From: an uncultured Chlamydiae bacterium
Lineage (GTDB): Bacteria; Chlamydiota; Chlamydiia; Chlamydiales; SM23-39
Reading direction: 5' to 3'
Assembly (NCBI GenBank): GCA_963730605.1
Contig: CAVSSM010000002.1
Location: 224,001-288,000 of the forward strand
DNA length: 64,000 bases
Part shown: positions 31,716 through 41,971 of the stretch, piece by piece
Position numbering within the stretch: the stretch's first letter is position 1
Layout of the letters: every line of letters begins with the position of its first letter
Notes under the pieces: generated by a model
Databases searched by the model: none
What the model was told of the DNA's origin: nothing
The model's input: the letters and a program-made list of their open reading frames with translations, nothing else
Made by a program: the position numbers and the translations under genes

Positions 31716-32636
31716 TTAAAAATAAGCGTTCAGGGAAAAAAGGCCGTTGATAAACTGGGGCGTGTTCCTTCCCGCCGCTGTAAACCAGATCCCTCCGATC
31801 AATCCAAGGTTCTTTTTAAAATTATACTCGAGCGCTGGAGCCAGGCTGAATTGCTCAGTGGAAGGAAGCCCGGCAGGGGCAGTCGTGCGGCCGGAAAATC
31901 GGCTTCGGTCTCGGTGTTGGTAATGAATGTCGCAGGCCAGAGCCCAATTTAATGAGAGGTTGTATTGGACGGCAATATCGACAAAGAAGATGTTGCCTGG
32001 ATAGGCTGTTCCCCGAGTTGTATGGTCCCCGCCATAAAAGCTAAGTCCTTTCACGGAGGTAGGCGTCCCGACTCGATATCCTGAATAGAGACGGGCTTCG
32101 AAGTAATGATTTTCGCTCACTTGCCATAGTTTCGAGGAGACGAAGGCTAGCTCGGGATACCAGCAGCCATTGCCGAAGGCATCGGTTCCGAGTTTGCTTA
32201 GGCTCAACTGCTGATACTTGCCGCAAGGGATCGAGGCCCCGACGATCAACTTGATGGCAACCCAAGGATCGTCGATGTCAGCAGTGAGAAGCTGGAAGTT
32301 CAGATTGCAGACGAGATCCTCAAAGCCGGTGGAGCTTTTCCCTTGGGTGGTCTTATAGCTGACTATGGGGAGAGTTTGCACATCCAGCCAAGACGTTACT
32401 CCTGCCCTGAAACGGGTGCGGAGATGGACGTTGTAGAACTTGGGAGCCGATTTCTTTTTCCATTCCGAATCGTAGAAACCGACATCCACAAAGGTATTGA
32501 AGAAAGACTGCAAGAGAAAGTGACCCGGTTTAACTGTATATCCCGAAGGGGAAATGAGGGGACCGGTGAACCAGGGCGGATTCAGCCCTTCGAAATCAAT
32601 GTTTTCGGTCTCTTCTTCGTCAGCAAGAAGCGGCAA
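31716..32636 (-). CDS. Outer membrane beta-barrel / transporter-like protein (start uncertain)
   Basis: PPWFTGPL, GKYQ, SLAPALEYNF, terminal Phe. Confidence 0.7.
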   Translation of the reverse strand: MPLLADEEETENIDFEGLNPPWFTGPLISPSGYTVKPGHFLLQSFFNTFVDVGFYDSEWKKKSAPKFYNVHLRTRFRAGVTSWLDVQTLPIVSYKTTQGKSSTGFEDLVCNLNFQLLTADIDDPWVAIKLIVGASIPCGKYQQLSLSKLGTDAFGNGCWYPELAFVSSKLWQVSENHYFEARLYSGYRVGTPTSVKGLSFYGGDHTTRGTAYPGNIFFVDIAVQYNLSLNWALACDIHYQHRDRSRFSGRTTAPAGLPSTEQFSLAPALEYNFKKNLGLIGGIWFTAAGRNTPQFINGLFSLNAYF

Positions 32637-32674
32637 AGAAAATAGGACAAAAAGAAGGGAGATTTTTTTCAGTC

Positions 32675-33680
32675 TCAGAGCAGCTCAACCTCTCCTGTCT
32701 GGAGATTGTAATAGGCGGCTTCGATATCGATTTCTTTCTTTTTGGCCAGCTTGCCCAACTTCCCAGAACGGAAGAGAAGATCCTTCATATGAAGGGCATT
32801 GGCTTTGATCGCTGCTTTGAGAACCCCTGCGGGATCATGGTCTTTCGCCCCTTTAACCGCGGGGCCAATGATCAGAGCAAGGGCAGGGATCTCTTCCGTT
32901 TTTCCTTGAATGACGGCTTTGATCGCCCCGCAGTTTTCATGTCCGAGAACCAAGATCAAGACCGATTTCAAGGCAAAAGTGGCGAACTCGATGCTTTCCA
33001 ACTCGAGGGGGCCGATGACGTTTCCCGCCACTCGGACAATGAAGAGATCGCCGATCCCCTGATCGAAGATGATTTCCGGAGAGACCCTCGAGTCGGAGCA
33101 TCCGACGATCACGGCAAAAGGAGTTTGCTGTGCAAGGGTCGCCTCCCTTCTCTCCGAGGTCCGGTTCGGATGCTCTAACTCATCGTTCACATACCGCTGG
33201 TTCCCTTCCAGGAGACGGCTCAAGGCCTCTTGAGGAGAGAGGTACGCCCCAAGAGCTGTGCTGGCAAATAGGATAAGACCTAGCGTTACTACCCCGCTAT
33301 TCAAACAGGTGACAAATGGCGGGCTGCGGCTCCCTTCGGGCCGATTCGCTTCGCTCATCTGCTCTGCGCTGCGAAGGTCCACTGGACCTTCTCGCGTTTC
33401 CGCAGCCATATCGATTCTCGCTCGGAAGCCTTCGTATTCAAGAATGTTCCCTCCGGACCGGTTCACTTCGTTCGCCTGCTCCGCACTCCGAAGATCCACT
33501 GGACCTTCTCCGTGTTTCCGCAGCCTCGCTCGAAGCGCTTCGCTTCGATCTGGCTTTCACACCCCTTCCGACGATGCGTCGGCGGGGACCCCGTGCGCCT
33601 CGCAGCGCCATTTGTTGCCACCTATTTGCATAGCGGGGTAGCAGGATTCTCAAGCTGCTCTCTTTGCTACACAGCTCCAT
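32675..33680 (-). CDS. Beta-carbonic anhydrase; signal-peptide region interrupted by a MITE
   Basis: CSDSRV, RVAGN, GHENCGA; removing 33292-33640 restores ...LRILLVTLGLILFASTALGA. Confidence 0.88.
33290..33640. mobile_element. MITE family B
   Basis: TIR taccccgctat..aggtg..acaaatggc / gccatttgt..cacct..atagcggggta, bounded by TA. Confidence 0.85.
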
Positions 33681-33812
33681 ATGTCGATTACTTATAGTAA
33701 GTAAAAATTTTTTTAAAGACATTTTACGAATTTCCGGAGCAAAAGATGGCCTTGAATTAAATCGATTCACCATCTAATATGACTCCGATTTAAGGGAAAA
33801 AAAGGATTGTCT

Positions 33813-34271
33813 ATGGCAGTTTTGATCGATGCAGTCAACAGTCAAATTGAATATTCAGTTTATGAAAATCAGTCCAAAGAGGCCAAATACAAATTGGCAT
33901 CTCAGTGTGAAGCTATAAAAAAAATTGCAATTGTCGCCGCGATCGTATCTCCCGTTTTTGCGTTTTTTCTTCCGACTGCGTTCCGCTTAGTGGCATGTCT
34001 TGCGATCGGACTCGTAGGCTACGATATTTTCAATATGGCTGACAACCTGGGCGATGCGGCTAAATTGTCTGCGGAAGGGGGAACTCCTGTAGATGGGTCT
34101 AATATGGAAATGCTTGTGGAGTCGACCCTAATAGCGAAGCCGCTCTACAAGAAAATCGCAAGCCAAGCGGACTCGCAAATGGATTTGCCGCAGGAATCAT
34201 CAAATTTAGCTCCTGTCGATGCTCAGGAAGAACAAGCTGAAGTAGAAACGAACCTAGAACCTGAATTCTAA
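33813..34271 (+). CDS. Hypothetical protein with bilobed hydrophobic segment (Inc-like)
   Basis: IAIVAAIVSPVFAFFLP-TAFR-LVACLAIGLVG hairpin; acidic tail. Confidence 0.6.
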   Translation: MAVLIDAVNSQIEYSVYENQSKEAKYKLASQCEAIKKIAIVAAIVSPVFAFFLPTAFRLVACLAIGLVGYDIFNMADNLGDAAKLSAEGGTPVDGSNMEMLVESTLIAKPLYKKIASQADSQMDLPQESSNLAPVDAQEEQAEVETNLEPEF

Positions 34272-34489
34272 GACGGTTTTATCCCTGGACACGAGAAAAA
34301 CCCAGTCCTTGATGACTAGGATGAATCGTGCCTTTAAGCCTGAGGCGATTCTTGCTGTTCGACATACCGCCGACTCACAGCGAGTGGCGTGTTTCCGTAG
34401 TCTTGCCTTTGGCAATGTCCCCCTCCCCAGGGGGCTTCGCTCGCGGGACGCACTCGAAAATCCCTCGCGCATTAAATGGCCAAAGTCCA

Positions 34490-35125
34490 GTTGAAGAAAA
34501 CCTCATCCCCAACGAGAAACTGATCCCTATCAGGAATATCCAATACGGGACAATCGGCAAAATATTAGTCCCATTTGCAGAGCCGCCTCCAAAAAGAATC
34601 TCTTTTCTCCATGATCGCATCGCCGCTTTTTTTGATACCGAATGCACCATTTTAACTCTTTATTACAAGGGCGAATCAGGGAGATTTTCCAAGGACTCAA
34701 TTTTGGACGCTTACCTCCAAGAACGCTCTATGCTCGAAGCGGGATTTGGAGAGCTATGCCCTCCCCTATCGCCCCCGTCGTACGCTCAAGACGGATCTCT
34801 CATTTCGTACGTTGGGCCTGTCGGCTATAGTTGGCCGAACGACCCCTTTGCGAAAGGCTCCTATTCTTACGTGGCCGCCGGCCAAGAAGCCCTGCTGACA
34901 GCCGCTCAAGAAGAGGAGGGAGAAACCGTAAAATCTCTTTTTGCTCCCATTGACCAAACGCTCTTTTTTGCAGGAGAACATGCCTCTATTTTAATGGACG
35001 TAGGTGGGACGATGGAGGCCGCTTGCGAATCGGGAGAGAGAACCGCTCGCATGATTGAGAAAGTTCTACGTTCGTTTGCATCCATGTCATTCTTCCCATC
35101 AGCCATCTCCAGAACCCGATTCTAA
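34490..35125 (+). pseudogene. C-terminal fragment of flavin-containing amine oxidase
   Basis: WPNDPFAKGSYSY, LFFAGEH, GTMEAACESG; N-terminal GxGxxG domain absent. Confidence 0.75.
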
Positions 35126-36610
35126 CCTTTTGGAAGTGGGTTTCAAGATCAAAATCAAGCAAAGGAGGACAAAAAGTCCCGCTAATATCCATCCCATGAG
35201 ATAAAAAACATCATCGAGTGCAAGCGATGCAGAGCGCCGATCGAGAAAATGATTTAGCTCGGCCAAAGGATCTCCCGGGACGTGGAGCGTTTCGACCTTT
35301 TTAAAAAAAACCTGCGTCGGGATCGATGTCCAGTTGAGCTTCTCACCGAGCCTTTCATGATAAAAGACCGATCTTCTTTGCCACGCGATCGTAAAACCTG
35401 CGGCCCCAAGGGAAGAAGCGACACTCCGAAGGCACTGGAAAATATTGAAGCCGTCAATCCAACGTTGAAGCTCGCAGCGCTCCGAGAGCATTTTAAAAAT
35501 CGGAGGCAAAAATAGAGCAATGCCAAACCCTGCGAGGATCCTTGAAAAGGCGATGCGGCCAAAATTAATTTCGGCGTCGAACAGGGTCGTGTAAAAGCAT
35601 GAGATCCCTAATAGAAAAGTTGCCAGAGCAATGAAAATCAAAGGATCGATCTTGCCCAGCCTCTCTTGAATGATGAAGCGGGGAAAAAGCCCTGCAATTC
35701 CCATCGTCCCAAGCAAGACCCCGATCCAAATGGGAGTGAACTCGACATCGAAGGTCAGCCAAATCGAGAGCAAAACAATGATCCCAAAATAGACGGCAAA
35801 AAGAAGAGTGAGGCAAACCATCGCAATGGCAAATACCGGGTCCCCAAAAAGACGGAGATCGACCGAGGGCGCCTCATGGTAGAAACTTCTAACCAGAAAA
35901 TAGCCAAAGCAAGGAAGGCCTATCAAGACGGAGGCCACGAGAATGGGAGAGCGGACCCAATCAAGCTGCTGGGCCGTGGTCAGAGCAAAAGCTAGGAATG
36001 AGATCCCAACCGCATAAAAACTCCAACCCACCCAATCAAACCCAAGGGAGAGTGGCGGGATTTCGACCTCTTTGAAATAGACGAATAGGGCCAGCGCCAA
36101 AAGGGATGCAATTAGGGCATTGCCCAAAAACGGGGCGCGCCAATGAGAGAGATAGGCGACCGTTCCGCCATAGGCGGCTCCAATGACAGGAACGACAACG
36201 AAGATCGTAATGAAGATCCAAGAGAAAACGACTTTTTTATCTTCAGGAACCAAGCAAGAAAAAGTATGGGACAAAAGGGCATAAAAGGGGCCAGATGCTA
36301 GCCCCATCAAAAACCGGCCTGATATAAAGAGGAAATAGGTGGGAGCAAGGCCAGTGAAAAGAGCGGTTAATGAAAACGCCATCATACAATAGACAAACAA
36401 ATTGGGGATGTTGAAACGGGCGCCAAGAGGTTTGGCCAAAGGGATCGTAACGGCAGCTCCAAAGCCGTAGAAGGCAAGGCCGTACACGGTGACGTACCGG
36501 TCGCCGCCAAGATCTCCCACAATGTACGGCGAGGCCAATGCTGTGATGGTAAAACTTTGGACAATCATAAAGAGAGAGGCATAAAGGGAGACGATGAGGG
36601 AGCGAGTCAA
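35099..36610 (-). CDS. emrB: DHA2 MFS efflux permease (EmrB-like)
   Basis: Multi-TM MFS; QQLDW, VDLRLF, WQRRSVFYHERL; in operon with emrA. Confidence 0.85.
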   Translation of the reverse strand: MTRSLIVSLYASLFMIVQSFTITALASPYIVGDLGGDRYVTVYGLAFYGFGAAVTIPLAKPLGARFNIPNLFVYCMMAFSLTALFTGLAPTYFLFISGRFLMGLASGPFYALLSHTFSCLVPEDKKVVFSWIFITIFVVVPVIGAAYGGTVAYLSHWRAPFLGNALIASLLALALFVYFKEVEIPPLSLGFDWVGWSFYAVGISFLAFALTTAQQLDWVRSPILVASVLIGLPCFGYFLVRSFYHEAPSVDLRLFGDPVFAIAMVCLTLLFAVYFGIIVLLSIWLTFDVEFTPIWIGVLLGTMGIAGLFPRFIIQERLGKIDPLIFIALATFLLGISCFYTTLFDAEINFGRIAFSRILAGFGIALFLPPIFKMLSERCELQRWIDGFNIFQCLRSVASSLGAAGFTIAWQRRSVFYHERLGEKLNWTSIPTQVFFKKVETLHVPGDPLAELNHFLDRRSASLALDDVFYLMGWILAGLFVLLCLILILKPTSKRLESGSGDG

Positions 36611-37866
36611 TCGGAGTCCTTTGGCATTGGAGGCGCTAAGAGATTTGCGCTGTTTTGCGAAAGAGCTTCTTGAATCAGCGATGGGATGGTCATGTGGATT
36701 TGGGGAAGGGAGAGCGCCTCCACACTATATTTGAGTAAGTTCGGATCGAGGTTTGCTGAGATGATCTCCTCGATGCACGCCTTGTCCCCTTCCTCTTCAT
36801 CTCGATAAATCCTCGTGCTATAGGTCGGCGAGCCTTTTCCGGTGGTCGGCAGGTAGGAGCCCCCAGTCGTTAGATCGACGGTCACTTCGGAAGAAAGGCC
36901 GAGGCGCAAGGGATGGCTTTTGAGCTCTTCGGAATCGAGTTCGATCCTGACAGGAAGGCGCTGTACGATCTTAATCCAGTTTCCGGAGAGGTTTTGGGGC
37001 GGCAATAAACTTGTGACGTTGCCTGCGACAGCTGGAAGGCCGACGATTTTTCCATGGAAAACGACCCCTTTCCCATAAAGGTCTACAGTGATTTTCGCCC
37101 TTTGGCCGATCCGCATCCGTTTCATTTGCGTTTCTTTAAAATTGGCGTTGATCCAGATCTGGTCCATGGGTACGACGCTCATGAGAGGAGTCCCTTCCTT
37201 GATCCACATCCCTACTTGGATCGCCCTTTGGGCAGCGATTCCCTCTGTGGGCGCAAAGAGGCTGCAGCGTCGTAAGTAGACCCATGCGTCGCGGAATCGA
37301 TCTGCAGCCCCTTTGACGAGCGGATGGCTCCGGATCGAGGTGTTTTGGACAAGAGACAGGGCTTTTTCGTAGAGGGAGCGGAACTTTTGCAGCTCATGAA
37401 AGCTCTTCCGCAAAGCCGCAACGGCGTGCTCATACTCCTCGAGAGATACGGCTTGGGCCGTAAGAACGCGGAGCCGATGCTCGAAATCCTGGGCATCGCG
37501 GATGAACTTCGCTTTTATAGCTTCGATCTGGGACCTATAGGCAAACACCTCGTGGAACATCTCGCAGGCCCTTCTTACCGTTTGAGCCAAGTCTTCTTTT
37601 GCTCGATCGAAGGCAATGAGGGCATCGGTCCGGTCCAGTTCGACAAGGACCTGGTTTTCCTTGACAAGGTAGGTATCGTCGGTATGGATTGCCGTAACGA
37701 ATCCGGAATGCAAAGGAGTGAGATATACCTGGTTTCCCTCCACATAAGCGTCATCGGTCCAAGCGACCCCTTTCCAAAAAATCAGCCAATATAAAAATCC
37801 CAAAAGACCCACTGCGAGGCAAATGGTCCAAAAATAGAGGGAAGCTTTCCTCCTTTTTTCCATCAT
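36607..37866 (-). CDS. emrA: EmrA/HlyD membrane fusion protein
   Basis: TDDAYVEG, ANFKETQ, LLPPQNLSGNWIKIVQRLPVRI. Confidence 0.93.
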   Translation of the reverse strand: MMEKRRKASLYFWTICLAVGLLGFLYWLIFWKGVAWTDDAYVEGNQVYLTPLHSGFVTAIHTDDTYLVKENQVLVELDRTDALIAFDRAKEDLAQTVRRACEMFHEVFAYRSQIEAIKAKFIRDAQDFEHRLRVLTAQAVSLEEYEHAVAALRKSFHELQKFRSLYEKALSLVQNTSIRSHPLVKGAADRFRDAWVYLRRCSLFAPTEGIAAQRAIQVGMWIKEGTPLMSVVPMDQIWINANFKETQMKRMRIGQRAKITVDLYGKGVVFHGKIVGLPAVAGNVTSLLPPQNLSGNWIKIVQRLPVRIELDSEELKSHPLRLGLSSEVTVDLTTGGSYLPTTGKGSPTYSTRIYRDEEEGDKACIEEIISANLDPNLLKYSVEALSLPQIHMTIPSLIQEALSQNSANLLAPPMPKDSD

Positions 37867-37877
37867 TGCCGTCCTAT

Positions 37878-38125
37878 TAAGCCGAGAGGGAAATAGGTGC
37901 CAACAAATGGGTTAGCGAGGCAAAGAAAAATTGAAGCGGGCTTACCCGCGTTCTTCGCGAGGCTGCGGAAACACGGAGAAGGTCCAGTGGACCTTCGGAG
38001 TGCGGAGCAGGTGAACGAAGTGAACGGGCCCGGAGGGAACATTCTTGAATAAGAAGGACTCCGAGCGAAGATCGATTTTTCAAAGCCGCAGCAAGCCATT
38101 TGTCACCTGTTGAACTCGTGGGTTA
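37878..38125. mobile_element. MITE family B copy inside the 3' end of the OMF gene
   Basis: aaataggtgccaacaaatgg ... ccatttgtcacctgtt ends; interior shared with 33290-33640; TA-bounded. Confidence 0.8.
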
Positions 38126-39542
38126 ATAAATACCCTCCGCCCACCGCTTTGACTAAGGCGATCGCCGCTGCATATCGGCTATAGGCAAGGTCGAGGTCCT
38201 CGAGCTCTTTTTGCAAAAGTTCTTCTTTTTGCTCTAGGGTATTCAATGCATTATCGAGCCCGTATTTCAAGCGAAGCTCGGAAAGAAAGAGACGCTCGGA
38301 CGCCTGTTTTACGATCGATTCTTGGGCGTCCTTATTGGCAAAAACGGCCCGGGCATTGGCGAGGGTGTCCACTACTTCGCTCGCGCTTTTCAAAACCAAG
38401 TCATTGTAAGCGAAAACAGCGGATTGGAATTCCGCCCGTTTTGCATCAAGGATTGCCTGAATGTCCCCTGCCGTATAAACCGGAAGGGAGAGAGAGGGCG
38501 AGAAGAGATTCTCAAAGCTCGATCCATTGAAGAGCAGATTGTAAATCGTGCTGCTTAAGCCCACGATATTGGCCAGGTTGATGCTCGGGAAAAAATTCGC
38601 CCGCGCCGCTCCCACTTCATGGGCCAGCGCTTCAACTCTCCAGATTTGGGCCATGAGATCGGGCCTCCTCACAAGGAGATCGATGGAAAGATTTTCCGGA
38701 ATAGTCAATATCGGGGCGATGAGAGGAAGATCTGCCTCCACAAAAAGGGGCTCGTCGGGGCCTCTTCCGGCTAAAATATTGATGAGATGCCGGTCGATCG
38801 CTACCTCTTCGGCGATCGAGTTCATCCATTGACTCGCTTCTTCGGCCCTTTCATTGGCAAGAAGCACAATCCTTGCGTCATCGAGCGCCTCATCGAGAAG
38901 AAGCTGCCTGAGCAGCGCGAGTTTCTTTCTCACCTCATAAAGCTCTCGGTAAATTTTCTCCTTAACGAGATTCGTTTTCAGGGCAAAATAGGTCCTGGCC
39001 AAAGAAGTGGCGGCGATAAGCTCGGCTTGGGCAAGTTCTGCCCTTTGAGATTGCTCAAGGCTTAAGTAGGCCCTGAAAAGATTGCGGTATTTGTCCCAGA
39101 AGTCAAATTCGTAGCTAAAGGACAAGGTCAGATCGATGATTTTGGCAAAATGGGGAAAGGAGGGATTGTAGGCGCGCTGGAGCCCTTGCTTGCTGACGAA
39201 ATCCCAATCTCCATCCGCATCAAAGTTGACCAAAGGATAGAGTTTCGATGCTGCGCTAGTTGCCCTCTCTTTTGCCTGCTCGATCTTGAAGCGGACATTT
39301 TGTATCGATGGGTTTTGGGCAATAGCGAGCGCAATCAGTTCATTTAATTCGCTTAACCCAAACTCCTCCCACCAAGCCACTTTCGGCCAACCTCCTTGAG
39401 AAAAAAAAGGCGTTTCCAAACTTTGGCTCACCGACCTCTCCAGGCTCGGCTCTGCAATGAGGTTTTTTCTCTGCTCTTCTTCAGACATCCGAAGGCACGC
39501 AGAGAGAACGAATAAGATGAGAATAGAATTTTTTCTCAGCAA
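38103..39542 (-). CDS. NodT/TolC outer membrane efflux lipoprotein
   Basis: LSAC lipobox, WWEEF, RRPDL, KAVGGGY. Confidence 0.92.
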   Translation of the reverse strand: MLRKNSILILFVLSACLRMSEEEQRKNLIAEPSLERSVSQSLETPFFSQGGWPKVAWWEEFGLSELNELIALAIAQNPSIQNVRFKIEQAKERATSAASKLYPLVNFDADGDWDFVSKQGLQRAYNPSFPHFAKIIDLTLSFSYEFDFWDKYRNLFRAYLSLEQSQRAELAQAELIAATSLARTYFALKTNLVKEKIYRELYEVRKKLALLRQLLLDEALDDARIVLLANERAEEASQWMNSIAEEVAIDRHLINILAGRGPDEPLFVEADLPLIAPILTIPENLSIDLLVRRPDLMAQIWRVEALAHEVGAARANFFPSINLANIVGLSSTIYNLLFNGSSFENLFSPSLSLPVYTAGDIQAILDAKRAEFQSAVFAYNDLVLKSASEVVDTLANARAVFANKDAQESIVKQASERLFLSELRLKYGLDNALNTLEQKEELLQKELEDLDLAYSRYAAAIALVKAVGGGYLLTHEFNR

Positions 39543-39595
39543 AGGGGGAACCTATCCTCTCGAAAGGGATCTTCCCTCTCGATAAGATATTTTTT

Positions 39596-39859
39596 TTATC
39601 CCTTCAAGAGCGGAAGCAAAATAGCGATTCCGAGATTGATCAAAACGATGGATGTGATCGCGACGTAGAGCTTATTTTTTTGGTTGGCGAAGAGAATGAT
39701 GGAAAGAGCGACCCGAATGACTGGTATGCACAAGAGCACAAAAACCCCAAAAGAAGCCCAGGAGCCCTGGGGAAAAATGAGGCCCATGAGAAAAAGGGCG
39801 GCGCTGGCCAGGACACCGATTCTCAAAGTAAGTGCAAGGATCGTATTAAAATGTTTCAT
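39596..39859 (-). CDS. DUF1634-like membrane protein
   Basis: LRIGVL, LLCIPVIRV; coupled to the TauE gene. Confidence 0.8.
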   Translation of the reverse strand: MKHFNTILALTLRIGVLASAALFLMGLIFPQGSWASFGVFVLLCIPVIRVALSIILFANQKNKLYVAITSIVLINLGIAILLPLLKG

Positions 39860-40688
39860 AGCCTCTCAAAATCATCTCGATGGCGAGAAGGAAAATAATA
39901 AAAATAAAAAATAACCTTAAGGTCAGATGATGGAGATGCGAGAGGAGCCTGGTTCCGAGAAAGGAACCGAGGAGGATGCCGACCACGGTGGGGGCGACGA
40001 TCGCCGGTTTTATATACCCTGCGGCAAAATAGGTGCCAGAGCCAGCTGCGGCTGTGACGCCGATCATGAAGTTACTCGTAGCGGTGCTGACTTTGAAGGG
40101 AAGACGCATCGCCCAATCCATTCCAATCACTTTTAGGGCTCCCGAGCCGATTCCAAGGAGTCCGGAAATGATGCCAGCCGCCAGCATAATGAGCTCGCCC
40201 ATCCACCACCGGACGCCTGCGTAATGAATGTGTTTTTTGAGGGCCGGATCAAAATAGCTTCCTTCCAATTGGAAGATGCGGGTGGTTTTATCTGGATCTA
40301 GTTTCGCGAGGTTTTTTCTAAAAATGGCCGCTAGGCCCGGGATGATGGAAAAGAAAAGGATGACGCCAAAGAAGATAAACATGAGACCGCGAAGATTTTG
40401 CGAATAGAGGATTGTCGCAAGGATCGCGCCTAAGATAGCGCCGATCGTCGTTGCAATTTCCAGCGATATACCGATTTTCACATTGGTTAAGCGATCCTTG
40501 ATGTAAGCGCTCGCGGCTCCGCTAGATGTTGCGATGGTGGCGACAAGGCTCGCTCCCGCGGCGTATTCAATGGGAATTTCAAAAAGGAGGGTAAGCGTTG
40601 GAATGACAATAATCCCACCCCCCAGCCCGCTTAGACTCCCAATGAAACCAGCCGCGACACCCATGAGAATGAGATAGACGTCGGTCAT
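39846..40688 (-). CDS. Sulfite exporter TauE/SafE family
   Basis: GLGGG, IATSSGAA, GIGSG, STATSNFMIGVTAA. Confidence 0.92.
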   Translation of the reverse strand: MTDVYLILMGVAAGFIGSLSGLGGGIIVIPTLTLLFEIPIEYAAGASLVATIATSSGAASAYIKDRLTNVKIGISLEIATTIGAILGAILATILYSQNLRGLMFIFFGVILFFSIIPGLAAIFRKNLAKLDPDKTTRIFQLEGSYFDPALKKHIHYAGVRWWMGELIMLAAGIISGLLGIGSGALKVIGMDWAMRLPFKVSTATSNFMIGVTAAAGSGTYFAAGYIKPAIVAPTVVGILLGSFLGTRLLSHLHHLTLRLFFIFIIFLLAIEMILRGYETF

Positions 40689-40725
40689 ATCCTCATTGTA
40701 GGCAGAGATCCATTAATCACTACTT

Positions 40726-41625
40726 CTATTTCCTCCAAGAAAGCGGAAGAAACCCATGATTCTCGAGAAATGCGGTGACCGCCTGAAAACGATTCTCTAC
40801 AGTGGCATCGTCAATGGATCCAAACCAAATACCCCACTTGTCATCGGTGGAGGAAATGGCTTGATAGCTTCTTAAAGATAGGACGTAGGAAGAGGAATCG
40901 TTCAATGTAATCAGATAGGTAGCTCCAACCAGCTCTTGTGGGATTGCGTCGCAATTTAGCTCAACTGCATGTAAATGATCAGGATGGCTTTGCACTAAGC
41001 CATCTAAAATTGCGAGCTGCTCACTCGAGCGGAGACCGCGCCCCTTTTTTGGGTATACTGTATAGAGAAAGCCTCCCTCTTGAAGGTAGTCTCGAATGAT
41101 CTCGGGCCGTTTTTTGACTGTAAGCAATCGTTCTGGATCGTTCTGGATGGCAGAGTCTATAAGGCCTAGGGATATCTCTTCATTCATACAAAGAGGCGTG
41201 GCTGGGGCAGGAGTATGAATGATGCATGTGCATCCAGCAATTTGTTTCGTTTTAAGCCAATAGACAATCGCTCGCTCAAAATCGGCTTGCGCGTTCACAA
41301 AGATGGGCCGCTCATCCGCGTCAGTTCCTTCGCGAATCATCACTGAAGTGACGCTTAAGGTACTGAGCATCTCGCAAATAGATTCTTGAAAGGGGCTGTT
41401 TGCTGCCCGGGTAAATGTCTTGACGCCTTCTATGAACAACGGTGAAGCGATCTGGGTTGGAATCGGGTGTGATGCGGCCATCCGAGGCATAGCCGATAAA
41501 ATGACGAAAATCCCCCATTTTATGAGCCCCAAAAAGGGTTTATAGCCCGCCAAAGAGCCGCTGCTCGGCTGCCCTCCCCTGCTGTCCGCCTTGGGGCTTT
41601 TGTCCGGTCCTATAGATACATGCAT
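40726..41625 (-). CDS. Hypothetical protein
   Basis: Long ORF with GAGGAG RBS; no family recognised. Confidence 0.7.
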   Translation of the reverse strand: MHVSIGPDKSPKADSRGGQPSSGSLAGYKPFLGLIKWGIFVILSAMPRMAASHPIPTQIASPLFIEGVKTFTRAANSPFQESICEMLSTLSVTSVMIREGTDADERPIFVNAQADFERAIVYWLKTKQIAGCTCIIHTPAPATPLCMNEEISLGLIDSAIQNDPERLLTVKKRPEIIRDYLQEGGFLYTVYPKKGRGLRSSEQLAILDGLVQSHPDHLHAVELNCDAIPQELVGATYLITLNDSSSYVLSLRSYQAISSTDDKWGIWFGSIDDATVENRFQAVTAFLENHGFLPLSWRK

Positions 41626-41794
41626 ATGATCTCTCCTCTTGGAGGGGCGGTTATAACAGCTGCGAGAGTAAATGTGAAGCAATTTTTTAGACCCTTTTGG
41701 GTTGTAACAATCAGGTAGTTAGGGTTATGCTGTCTCTCAACGTCAGAGTCGAACAAGATTTCTTCCCCCGTATTATTGGAAATGTTATGAATAC

Positions 41795-41963
41795 TAACCT
41801 GAGTTTTGGGTTCATTTTTCTATGAGATTCAAGGATATTTCGAGCATATTTTTGCGCTTTGGAGCCGAGAGCAATATCGGGACGAGCATCTTGCCGAGGC
41901 GAAAAGTCAAAAAGATGCCGAAAGAAATTGAAGCTCAGGCAAATGAACCCAAAACTCAGGTTA
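41795..41963. mobile_element. MITE family A, short internally deleted copy
   Basis: Same TIR as 5516-5854; interior matches the reverse complement of ~5516-5658. Confidence 0.88.
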
Positions 41964-41971
41964 CTAGTGGG

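Noticed and set aside
41822..41971. Native N-terminal extension of the MFS transporter
   Set aside because: Derived from MITE A; the same peptide appears in ORF 5472-5843.
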